A stretch of DNA of 64,000 nucleotides from assembly GCA_963782525.1 (NCBI GenBank), contig CAWAKC010000001.1, positions 96,001-160,000 of the forward strand. The letters run 5' to 3'. The notes beneath the pieces are model-generated. The model was not told where the DNA came from and did no database searches. It saw only the letters and a list, made by a program, of their open reading frames with translations. This DNA is from Candidatus Bathyarchaeota archaeon. GTDB lineage: Archaea > Thermoproteota > Bathyarchaeia > Bathyarchaeales > Bathycorpusculaceae. Shown here in pieces: positions 34,416 through 44,367 of the stretch (the first letter of the stretch is position 1; the number at the start of each line of letters is the position of its first letter). Position numbers and translations under genes: made by a program.

Positions 34416-35368
34416 AGCTCACGCTTTGATAATCCGATTAGGAAGAATGAGCCATAGACTAAATGGGTTACTATTATGCCAAACCAAACAAGAACAGTAT
34501 AGTTTGGCGCTTTTCACTTGCATTAGCGGCAGCAACCAAGCCTGAGAGACAAAATAAACCAAAACCCCAGCAGATAAACGTAGATAAAAAAGGGGTAAAT
34601 AACAGAGAGGACTATTCCGACTAATAGCCCCAGAACCAGCAGTGAAGGGAAGAAATAGGTTACTTTGACTGAATTTTCAGGGAACTTTTTAGCAAAAAAT
34701 CCTCTGTGTTCTCCAAACCGGGAAACCTGTTTTAAGATGAGGCTTAAACAGTGAGCGTCTGTGATGATAAACGACAACTTCTGAGGATTCAATTAGTTTT
34801 TTGCCGATTTTTTTAATTGCCAAGCACATGAGTGTATCTTCGCCTGGCCAGTATTTTTCGTTCCACCCGCCGGCATTTACTATCACGGATTTTGGAGCTA
34901 TAAAATTGCAGGAGTGTATGTCGTCAGATTCGAAGCAGCTTTTCATTTTATACCTTGTGGATAAGGTTCCGACCATGAAAGAAGAAAGAACATAACCGCC
35001 AGCTTTTTGTAATTAACCATCTGCCAGTGGCGTTAATCCAGGCCCGCCAACACCGCCAACTGTGTGTCTTTAAGAAGCTTTAAAGCGTTAGTCAACCAGT
35101 CACTTCTTGGATAAGCATCGTTATCGATGAAAGCGCAGATATTCACCGTTTGAGTTTTTTACACCAATGTTGCGTTTGACTCCGGGAGAAACTGGGCCAG
35201 TAGCAATTACTTTGACCCATCGATAGTTTCAGTCGAAGAATCGGGTAAGAAGAAAATCTCAAAAATTGGTAATCCAGCTGTTTACAACCGTTGATAGATT
35301 CTAGTGTGTATGCGTCGACTTCTTTGCAAGGAATAATGATGGATACCAGCGGTTTCGATCGATTTCAA
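34416..35368 (-). pseudogene. GT2 glycosyltransferase with C-terminal TMs, frameshifted
   Basis: VSIIIPC, KRNIG, FIDNDAYP, WPGEDT and YHHRR fragments. Confidence 0.75.
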
Positions 35369-35369
35369 G

Positions 35370-36137
35370 TCACGAAAAATAAATGAAAACATGCTTTGAA
35401 AACCGTTTCTTCGTGAGATAGGTCGCTGATACCAGTGAAGTGATCCTGAAGCCTGATAAGCTATCCCAAGTAAATCAATAAACATATGCCACATTTCTTT
35501 TGGTTTAAATTTGGCGTCTAATTTAATATTTACCGGCATCTCCACAACTTTTAAGCCGTAAAGATTCGCGACAGCCAGTAACTCAACATCAAAAGCATAT
35601 CGTTTAACAGCTAATCTTGGAAAAATATCGATAAACGCACTTTTCCTCATCGCTTTAAGCCCAGACTGAGTATCTTTAAGCGGCACTCCTGTAAGAAGGC
35701 GAACAAACAATTGAAGCACTAACTAAAGATTCTTCTCGAATAGGAACTTCCACATGTGAGTCGCATGTTTCTTGGAAGCAATAACGATGTCACTGTATTT
35801 TAATGCCTCAATGTAGTCTGATATTGTTCTAAATCGATTTCCATATCACTATCGGCAAAAAAAACAATGTTGCCAAGGGCTTTCATGAAACCAGTTTTTA
35901 CAGCATAGCCTTTTCCCACATTTTTACTGTAACTTAAAACTTTAACATGCCCATTTTTTCCTGCATAACTCTTTGCTTTTGCAAAAGTTTTATCTGCACT
36001 TCCATCATCAACAACTACGATCTCATATGCCAAGTTTTTACCCATAACTACATTATCGATGATTATCCAAGTGTATCCTCAATGAATTCTTCTTCATTAA
36101 AGGCTGGAACAACAATCGATAATTCCACTTGACTCAT
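35370..36137 (-). pseudogene. Dolichol-phosphate glycosyltransferase-like GT2, frameshifted
   Basis: SIVVPAFNEE, VDDGSAD, GKGYAV, FADSD, DTQSGLK and FDVELL motifs. Confidence 0.8.
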
Positions 36138-36383
36138 TAAACCCCCTCAGCCTCAATGGCTTTTCTTCCAAATTTCAAAAAGCAAACAAGCTGCAAGAAA
36201 ACCCCAACGACCAAAGCATAAAACGCGTAAACGGCAATGAAATCAGCTAAATAAGATAAGCCCGCGGACAAAAAAATAGCGGTGCAAACTAAAAAAATCA
36301 TAAACACACTACAAATGGCGAGCCCCAGTTTTCACGAACAGAATCTTTGATGGTTACAATCATGTTGATAGAGCTTTGCTCAT
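36137..36383 (-). CDS. Small two-TM membrane protein (RENWGxPF...AVYAFYALVVGVFLQL), frameshifted and absent from the ORF track
   Basis: Manual translation; its stop overlaps the downstream GT2 start (TAATG). Confidence 0.55.
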
Positions 36384-36497
36384 AGTAGATGCACGATATT
36401 CTTTTTACTATAATGGAATTGTTAAGGATTTAACAGTTACGAATTTAATGGGGTAGATTCAGGTTAATAATCTTGAAACGGTAGAAATATTTCGTTC

Positions 36498-36900
36498 TCA
36501 ATTTTGAATCTTCACCTTAAATATTCTGGAATTATTAAAGAACATTATAGCCAGAAAGATAGCAAACGGAGAATCAAATGCCCAAGTGACAGCAGAAGTA
36601 TTTCCTATCTTCTGAGCTGAAGAACTGATTTTTTGAGCCAGAGGTAAACCTATTTCTCGCAACCCTATTAAAAAGCTACCTTGATCTGCATTTTCCAACT
36701 TCCTCGTAAGCATGAGTATACTTTTTGCTAACCGGGCACTTCGAAAACTACAACCTTATCGTTAAATTAAATAGCACTCTAACGATTCTATGAAGTACTT
36801 TAAACCATACGCCAGAACGTAGGGCTTTTGTTTTTAGTGCCATCAACTGTTTTTTATTTAGGAAGCGGAAACCATTGGGATCAAGGGCAGCGCTAAACAT
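36498..36900 (-). pseudogene. Paralog of 16158..16553, frameshifted
   Basis: KTKALRSGVWFKVL...LTI and GLPLAQKIS...GN...WAFD motifs. Confidence 0.7.
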
Positions 36901-37003
36901 CATTAATTTTCCTTATGAAATGGTTTTTTATATGTTGAATCAATCAGGTCAGTATTTATAAATTGTGTAAAACGAAACGGATAATACATCATATTTTGAA
37001 GAG

Positions 37004-38517
37004 CTAATAAGTTGCGTTATAGGAGTAAATTGCAATTTTCCCACTGCTATAAACTTCATGAAAAGATGAAGGAAGAGTTGGTTCACCATACCATCCCTGC
37101 CCGTTTATCCACCATATAAGGTAAATCTGTGATCCGTCATGCGAAGCTTCAATTGCAGACTGTTCAGGGTCATCAAACCCATAGCTCTTAACTTGTGACT
37201 CATTCAGGTTAAGCAAAGCCCAACTGTAAAATACAGTATGTGTAAGCAAGAGTGAACTGCCATTAGCAGTATTTTTGAACCAACTTAGGACGTTGGCTGT
37301 ATCTTGGCAATCACTTTGGAGATCGTGTTTTGTAGCATTGAAGTCGGCATTTGGTATTCGTAACTGTTTAAGTAATTGGGGTTAAAGTACAAAAACGGTT
37401 TTTGGGGAGTTGTTATAACGTATCCGACACTGAGAATAGCGGTTGAAAGAGCAAGGTATAATACGACAATCTTGCGCACGGCAAACTTGTAGCGTTTCCA
37501 TTTAATTGACTTTAGCCTGCTTAATGTTTCAGTTGCAAAGAAAGCAAGTGGGTAGGTGAGCATTAACACCCAACGATAGGGGCTGATAGAAGCGATTGGC
37601 ACCAACACAAGAATTAAGCTCATGAGAAGCCAAGCCTTGAGTTGAAGATTTCGCAGTCGCCTCAGATTTATCAGCGCTAAGGGCAGGATAAGTATGAAGC
37701 AATAAAGGAAAAAACCTCCTGTGTCTAACAACATTGTTTGATAGGAAGCAAAGCCTGTCCAATTAGCCAAAGGCGACACGCCGCTTGTTGAGGTATTAAA
37801 AATGCCTGAATGCAGTACATCACTCGAATAAGCAGTGAAAAAATAAATGATTGCAGGAAAAGAAATAAGTGATAAGAAAATCGAACCTGCAAAATTTCTA
37901 TGGAACAAGTTATAGGCAATTGTACAGATGATTACCCCAAACATAAGTACCGAAACAAGCTGATGAGACAACGCTACCACGACCATCACCAAAGAAAGAA
38001 GGACATAGTTTTTCCATGAACGATCCTTCCGGTTAATAAGAAGCGTTAAAACAACAAAAAAGAAGATTAAGCCAAGTTCTTCGCGAAGTTGATCCCAAGA
38101 GGCCCTTAAAGCCACAAAATATACAGTTCCCAAAATAGCAACGAATGTACTTTTGGAAGGCGACCAGCTTAGTCCTTTTTTTGCATAACTATATATTGAT
38201 AAGCTTAAGAAACCAAGAAGCAACGGCGGAATTATCTTAAGAACAAAAACTATGGGACCACCTGCTGCAACAATCGTCATAAGAATAACGTAAAACAGCG
38301 GCGCCGTTGCAAGCAGACTGCCTATGTTTACCCCGTTATGAAGCCATAGCAGGGTATTGGGAACATAGAAGCCCATAGTATCGAACCCAATGATGAAAGG
38401 GCCCATTAAAATCTCAGGTATAGCCCTAATTGCCAAAGGAATGATAAAAGCTAAGAGTGGAAAAACATTCCGATTTTGGGTAATCCAAGTTTTTGTATGA
38501 CTAGGAACTTTAACCAC
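37004..38517 (-). CDS. Polytopic membrane protein, putative GT-C, with one frameshift near 37300
   Basis: IGFDTMGFY, SHQL and PYRW motifs; soluble C-terminal domain continues in 37004..37249. Confidence 0.65.
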
Positions 38518-38645
38518 TTTTTCCTTCCAACACTGGAGACCAAATTTATTAATTTATTAAACGTGGATCGCCAGCCTAAATCCCTTGTGCTAGTTCGAAA
38601 TTGAAAAAGATTTACTGTTCATTGGCAGATCTTAACACCAGCTCA

Positions 38646-40049
38646 TCACTGGCTATTGTTCAGAGCATAATGGGCTGCGCCTAAAATCATGCCGTTTGTA
38701 TTACTGTCTATCGATAAAACTAAATTTGCGCTGTAGGGATCCACATTATAATCGGCTCCAGCGTAGTACCCGCTTGTTGAATCTGGGAGAATTTTCTCAA
38801 GGTAAATAGCCATGTTTCGAGCAAAGGTTGTGTTGTAGAGAGCCAAGAAACTCACGGATACTTTGGTGAAAATAATCGGGTTCATCGTTGAATAGGTGGT
38901 TTCGCCGTTGTTTATTATTTTCCAGGTATCACCATTGGGCAACACTACCCATTCATATACGAAACCTGTCATGGTATTTCCTTCACTAAAAGCAACATAT
39001 TGTCCTGTGGCATTGTATCTTGCTTCGTGTGCTAGGTAAACTTGTTTAGCTAAAGCCAAAAATTGCGGGCTATTATTAAGTTCGAAAACTGAACTGAGTA
39101 GTGGCTCGCATGAAATTGAAGTTTTAGGCAAAGTGATACCCTCTGGTGTAGTGACATTGCCATCGTTAAGCATGTTAGCTAGAATTTGGTTAGGTAGAGC
39201 TGCGAGTTGAGGGAAAAAGCTTGCAAAACCGCTCATGTAGTAATAACCATAGACACTATCGTCGTTGCTTTCAGATGTTATGAGACTTGGAATCAGCGCA
39301 GCATAATTTGATCTTCCAGAAATAGTTATGTTGTTTATTCGCGACGCTAAGCTATTGTTGAAAGTTTTAAGATTGTTTAAAGCAACAAAAAGTCTTCCAG
39401 TATCCACTACATCAATATTGCTTGTCGCTAAATCTGATGAAGCGTGATAATCTTTTCCATCTGAAGCCTGGTAGAACCAATAGGGATAACTCGCATTGTT
39501 AAGTTCACGGGTTTCTAAAAACGTAAGAACCTTGTTTATTCTGGCGTTCGACCCCCAATCACCATCATAACCAATTAAACCTGTCCTATTTGCATCGATA
39601 ATTGCTTGAATATAAACGCCCAGATCCCAATCGGTAAAATATGGAAATCCCAAGCTTGCTTTAGGAAGCCCAGTTTTAGCATCTACACCGGTGTTTGGTT
39701 GATAGTATTGCCAAGCGTTTGTCGCCACTGTTTTCCATACTGTAGCAGTGAGGTTTTGGTTTGATTCTATAAGACCTGGCGGTTTAGTACCAATAATGGG
39801 GTCCGTTACACTTGTAACAATGTTTCTGAAGATTGTATTAATGTCAGGTGTTTTAGTCGGATTAGTTGTTGAAGTGTGATTTGTAGTTTGTTGACTCGGA
39901 TCAGGAGTGGCAGTAGGGTCGTTAACTACTGGCTGAACAATAATTGGTTTACTTTGAGTTCCAACTGATAACCAAGCAAAAACAGAAACCATCATTACCA
40001 CAATAAGTGAAATGGCCAAAACAGAATTTACTTTCATCCCTATTTTCAA
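38646..40049 (-). CDS. Membrane-anchored DUF3131-like (GH144/glycoamylase-related) protein
   Basis: N-terminal TM and P/T linker; AWQYY...TGL, TDWDLGVYI, DVVDTGRL, AFSEG and NTNGMIL motifs. Confidence 0.7.
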   Translation of the reverse strand: MKIGMKVNSVLAISLIVVMMVSVFAWLSVGTQSKPIIVQPVVNDPTATPDPSQQTTNHTSTTNPTKTPDINTIFRNIVTSVTDPIIGTKPPGLIESNQNLTATVWKTVATNAWQYYQPNTGVDAKTGLPKASLGFPYFTDWDLGVYIQAIIDANRTGLIGYDGDWGSNARINKVLTFLETRELNNASYPYWFYQASDGKDYHASSDLATSNIDVVDTGRLFVALNNLKTFNNSLASRINNITISGRSNYAALIPSLITSESNDDSVYGYYYMSGFASFFPQLAALPNQILANMLNDGNVTTPEGITLPKTSISCEPLLSSVFELNNSPQFLALAKQVYLAHEARYNATGQYVAFSEGNTMTGFVYEWVVLPNGDTWKIINNGETTYSTMNPIIFTKVSVSFLALYNTTFARNMAIYLEKILPDSTSGYYAGADYNVDPYSANLVLSIDSNTNGMILGAAHYALNNSQ

Positions 40050-40389
40050 CGGATTTATTCTAAAAATCTTTCTTTTACCAATGTTACTTGAAGAATTCAG
40101 GGAAAAAGCACGCTTAAGGGCATTAAGTTGATGGAAGCGCTTCCGTTTAGTTAATGGTAACTGTATAACGAAATGCCTCCTTAAACGATTTGTTAAACGT
40201 ATTTCCCTGCACGATTAGCCAACAGCCCCTTCAGTAAGAGACACTGTTAGTTTTTAACGTGTTTGCATATTTTAAAATTATGGTAATAAAGTGCTAAATA
40301 AACATGATGAATCATTTCGCAAGCACATATTTACATCAACGTTTGATAAAATAGCTTGTTTTGTTATCATCTTAAAAGTAACACTTCAA

Positions 40390-41649
40390 TCATCCGAAAA
40401 GAATGCCGTTTTTAACGGCGCCATCAGAGGCAATAGAGCCTTTTTTAACTGTTTTTGTCCAATCTCTTTTCCGCCTAAACAAAAGTTTTAGAAATGCCCA
40501 GCCTGCAATGAACATTTGCGTAAGCCAATAAATGTAAATGAAGGGTATCCACAGAATATTTTGGGGTTTTATCGGTTTTTCAGAGGCTGCTAAAGCTACG
40601 CCTATCGAAACTAGCGAAACAGCAGTTAAAGCTATTACAAGCCCAGTAAAGTTGATGATTGGGTTGCTTTGCGACAGGAATAAGGCAACGAAGAACCAGT
40701 TAATGTAGCTCAGCAGGGACACAACCATCATGAACGGTCCCGCCATGGAGATTTCTGCGTCAATTGTTCTTTTGTTTAGGTTGTCGAGGAGACGTCCGTA
40801 TTTGATGGCTGTTTCCATGTAGCCCCTGTACCATCGAACCCGTTGCTTAAACAGTGGGCGCATGGTGCTGGGGGTTTCTTGGCCTGAGCAAACATCAGGG
40901 GCATATTTGATAAGATGTTTTTTTTCGACCATTCGCAATGCAAATTCTACATCTTCAGTCAACGAATTCTCGTCCCAGCCGCCTAACTCTTCGACCACAC
41001 TGCGTCTGACAAATTGACAACTCCCAGTTAGGGGAACGAACAGTTGAAGATGCTCTCTTCCAGTAAGTAATGCTTGGAACCAAGCTTTTTCTTCCATCGC
41101 AATGACTCGTGTGAGGGCGTTTGTTTTTTCGTTAATTGAAGTTGTTCGGCCTTGCACCGCCATGACTTTGTTATCATTGAAATAAGAGACAACTTTTGAT
41201 AGAACATCTTTTTCAGGAAAACTATCTGCGTCAAAAACTCCCACTATATCGCCCGTCACAAATGGTAATGCGAGGTTAAGAGCTGCGGGTTTGCCTTTCA
41301 CTGATTTCTCGGAAATAACTTTGACGTTTTCAGGATATTTCTCGGAAAACTCTGAACATATTTTGAGTGTATTATCCGCGGATTTTCCGTCTACCACTAT
41401 TATTTGCATTTTTTCTTTTGGGTAATCAATATTTATGATGCCGTCTAAGCATCTTTGAATTACAGTTTCCTCATTTTTAGTTGGCACTATAATTGAAAAT
41501 TTTGGAAAATCAGCAATTTTAGTGTCCAAAGACGTTGACAGTTGTTTGCGTTTACTTCTTATTCCAAGGAAGATTATCGATCCATTGTAAACTGTCCAAA
41601 AAAGAAGTACCGCAAGAAGAATTATGGAGATGATATCGGTAACTATCAT
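40390..41649 (-). CDS. Processive GT2 polysaccharide synthase (cellulose synthase/PgaC-like)
   Basis: GKPAALN, FDAD, LTED and QRVRW motifs with flanking TMs. Confidence 0.88.
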   Translation of the reverse strand: MIVTDIISIILLAVLLFWTVYNGSIIFLGIRSKRKQLSTSLDTKIADFPKFSIIVPTKNEETVIQRCLDGIINIDYPKEKMQIIVVDGKSADNTLKICSEFSEKYPENVKVISEKSVKGKPAALNLALPFVTGDIVGVFDADSFPEKDVLSKVVSYFNDNKVMAVQGRTTSINEKTNALTRVIAMEEKAWFQALLTGREHLQLFVPLTGSCQFVRRSVVEELGGWDENSLTEDVEFALRMVEKKHLIKYAPDVCSGQETPSTMRPLFKQRVRWYRGYMETAIKYGRLLDNLNKRTIDAEISMAGPFMMVVSLLSYINWFFVALFLSQSNPIINFTGLVIALTAVSLVSIGVALAASEKPIKPQNILWIPFIYIYWLTQMFIAGWAFLKLLFRRKRDWTKTVKKGSIASDGAVKNGILFG

Positions 41650-41969
41650 TTGTATCCAGCCTTTTTCAAGTATTCACTGGATAAAACTGCGGCAAGCGAA
41701 CGGATTGCAGGACTTAAATTTGATTGTTTGATCTTTTTAATATTATTGGCAACCTTAAATCTAACCAATTGAGCAGAGCTATGGAAGATAAATCTATTTT
41801 TCATTACAGTCTCACATATGATCTTTAAACCTTTTAAGTTTTGTTTTTCTTATAGGGTTTTAGTGAATGCTTTTTGTTTCCATTGTTTAGAATATGAGTA
41901 ATAAAAAAGTATCTGAATAAACCCTAATCTATTAACTCTGAAATGAAGCAAACGTAAATTTGCCCGTTT

Positions 41970-41988
41970 AACCTCAAAAGTTGAGGTT
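41970..41988. promoter_or_regulatory. Perfect 8-bp inverted repeat AACCTCAA-aag-TTGAGGTT in a divergent intergenic region
   Basis: Read directly from the sequence; function inferred. Confidence 0.35.
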
Positions 41989-42078
41989 TATCTTTGGCTT
42001 TCATGGTCTCTATCCATCAAAGAGCTCGGTTGCAATAATACTTAAAAGGAGCATATCCATTTTTTATTGTAGAATCTT

Positions 42079-43008
42079 ATGCGCAGATTTTTGTTGTTTC
42101 TTTGGATTACAAGTCTTGTTTTTGCGGCGTGTCTTGTAAGCGGCAGCGAAAGTCAGACACAAAGCCCAAAAAACGAATACGCTATAGCACTTCAAGGGTT
42201 TGTGTGGGACCATTCAACTTTAAACGCTCTCGTTGTTACGGCAGATAATGAGTCTTGGTGGAACCCGTCTTACCTTAGTTCCGCAACTCGTGCGGTTGGA
42301 CAGTGGAATGATGCGATCGCTGCTTTTGTGTCAAACTACTCCGACTATTCTTACTTGTCCAACCTGAGGATTCAAACAACAGTTTCGAACGTTTCGTTAC
42401 CAGATTTTGATATCTACATCAATTGGACTGATTCTTCGTTGAGCAACATGACTGACGAGATTGGTTTATCACAAATTTTTCCCAACCCTGAAAGTGTTAT
42501 AATTAATTCAACGATTATTCTGGGGACTCACGCCAATCACGATGCACCTTTGAATGAAGTAGACATGCAGCATATTGCTCTTCACGAGTTGGGTCATAGT
42601 TTAGGCTTGGGACACAGCAACTACACCGGTGATTTGATGTATGCTATTTACAGTTTAGGTAGTCCACCTCCACTTATTTCAACTTTAGATGTTTATGGGG
42701 TTGCCACTCTTTTTGCTTGGGAAACAAATTCAACGAACTTTTACCCTATCAATGACTGGTTAAATGTAAACTCTGTAACTTTGCCATCAGACACGGTTGA
42801 TTACCGATTTTTGCCAGTGTCAGCTGAAAACGCCACTCCCCAAACCCTCGCAGACAACCCTACAGTCCAGTTTTTAATTATTATGTTTGAAACTCTGATT
42901 CATCCCGAAATCGCAGCAGTCATCTTGGCGATAATATTCCTTATGTTGATTGTCGGGTTATATTCTAGAAAGAAAAAAGTAAAACAAAACGTTACAGTTG
43001 ACTCATAA
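42079..43008 (+). CDS. Matrixin-family (M10) zinc metalloprotease, secreted with a C-terminal anchor
   Basis: HELGHSLGLGH, Met-turn DLMY, signal peptide, C-terminal TM followed by RKKK. Confidence 0.88.
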   Translation: MRRFLLFLWITSLVFAACLVSGSESQTQSPKNEYAIALQGFVWDHSTLNALVVTADNESWWNPSYLSSATRAVGQWNDAIAAFVSNYSDYSYLSNLRIQTTVSNVSLPDFDIYINWTDSSLSNMTDEIGLSQIFPNPESVIINSTIILGTHANHDAPLNEVDMQHIALHELGHSLGLGHSNYTGDLMYAIYSLGSPPPLISTLDVYGVATLFAWETNSTNFYPINDWLNVNSVTLPSDTVDYRFLPVSAENATPQTLADNPTVQFLIIMFETLIHPEIAAVILAIIFLMLIVGLYSRKKKVKQNVTVDS

Positions 43009-43606
43009 ACTCAACGAAGTCCTTGAGACTTCGAGGTTGAAGAGTATAGTTGGATTTTTTTTCTTCGCCAATCGTCGATGATGGCTTTACGCCGTAGTCA
43101 TGTCCTGGATAAACTTCGATATCATCGTTTAGTTTTAGGATTTTGTTAAATAGACTATCATACATGCTTTTGGAGTTGCCGCCTGGAAAATCGGTTCTGC
43201 CGCATTCCCCGACAAACAATGTGTCTCCCGTCAAAAGTTTCTGGTTATCAACGAGCAGGCAGATACTGTCAGTGGTGTGACCAGGAGTGTAGATAATTTT
43301 TAGGTTGATTTTTCCAACTTGTAATGTATCGCCTTCGTCAACGGAGATGTCATGAAGTGCCTTGGATTGTTTATGTGCAACTATTTTTGATCCAAAAATC
43401 GAAGCTAATTCTGAGTTGCCTGCTGTATGGTCAGAGTGCCCGTGGGTGTTTATAACGTATTTTAGGTGGAGCTTCTGGGTTTTTACGATTTTCATTATTT
43501 CGTCAGCATTATAACTCGAATCAACGACCGCTGCTTGCTTGGTTTCTTCATATGCTATAATGTACGAGAAGTTGTCGCTATGCGTCTGAATTTGTTTAAA
43601 AAACAT
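42992..43606 (-). CDS. Metallo-beta-lactamase-fold hydrolase, glyoxalase II-like
   Basis: THGHSDH, TPGHT, TGDTLF, GRTD and PGHDY motifs. Confidence 0.9.
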   Translation of the reverse strand: MFFKQIQTHSDNFSYIIAYEETKQAAVVDSSYNADEIMKIVKTQKLHLKYVINTHGHSDHTAGNSELASIFGSKIVAHKQSKALHDISVDEGDTLQVGKINLKIIYTPGHTTDSICLLVDNQKLLTGDTLFVGECGRTDFPGGNSKSMYDSLFNKILKLNDDIEVYPGHDYGVKPSSTIGEEKKSNYTLQPRSLKDFVEFMSQL

Positions 43607-44366
43607 TTTTTCTACCTGCCTCATTAGCTTCTAAATAATCTTGTATGATTGCTATGTCTGAGGGTGGATACCCTGAATAATACTTGCCGAAGTAACCGAA
43701 AGCATCCATTTTGCCAAGGAAAGGCGTGAGTTTCTCTGCCTCCGCCTTTAGATCCACTGCCCTGTCGACTTCTATTTTACCCAAGGTTCCTTTGACTCTT
43801 TTGCGGTCCCCTTCCCAACGGATATACAAAAAATCTGCGGTTACTTCCCCAATTTGTGCCATTAGGGGGGTGTCAGCCCAAGCTAAAGCAACCGAGTTAT
43901 CTTTTAAAAGAGAGTAGAACTCTGGTGTTAGCCAGCTTTTGTTCCTAACTTCAATGACGTAACGGTGTACTTTAGGTAGTTTCTGCAAGTACACCTCTAA
44001 GTCGGAAAGATGTTCAACGCCGAAGTTTGGAGGAAACTGCAACAACAAGACTCCAAGCTTTTCCCCAAGCAAGCCTACTGTTTCAAGAAAAACATCTGTT
44101 TCATATTGGCAATCCTTGAGCATCCTTATGTGAGTTATAAGCTGGGGAAATTTGAGAGAGAAAAGAAAATTCGGGGTGCCCTGTTGTTTCCAGTTGGTTA
44201 CAGTCGTTTTGGCGGGGATTCGATAGAAAGTGCTGTCAACTTCAACGGTGTTAAACTGGTGGGCATAGTAGGTTAAGTAATCTTTGGAAACAGTTTTTTG
44301 GGGGTAAAAAACGCCTTTCCAGAAATCGTAGCTCCAGCCAATTGTGCCTAAATGGAGATTTTGCAT
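43596..44366 (-). CDS. DUF72 (YecE-like) TIM-barrel protein
   Basis: GTIGWSY, TVEVDSTFY, LLQFPP, EVRNKSW and YIRW motifs. Confidence 0.9.
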   Translation of the reverse strand: MQNLHLGTIGWSYDFWKGVFYPQKTVSKDYLTYYAHQFNTVEVDSTFYRIPAKTTVTNWKQQGTPNFLFSLKFPQLITHIRMLKDCQYETDVFLETVGLLGEKLGVLLLQFPPNFGVEHLSDLEVYLQKLPKVHRYVIEVRNKSWLTPEFYSLLKDNSVALAWADTPLMAQIGEVTADFLYIRWEGDRKRVKGTLGKIEVDRAVDLKAEAEKLTPFLGKMDAFGYFGKYYSGYPPSDIAIIQDYLEANEAGRKNVF

Positions 44367-44367
44367 G

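Noticed and set aside
42992-43606. MBL protein as an Artemis-like NHEJ nuclease
   Set aside because: About 205 aa with glyoxalase II-type motifs and no beta-CASP domain.
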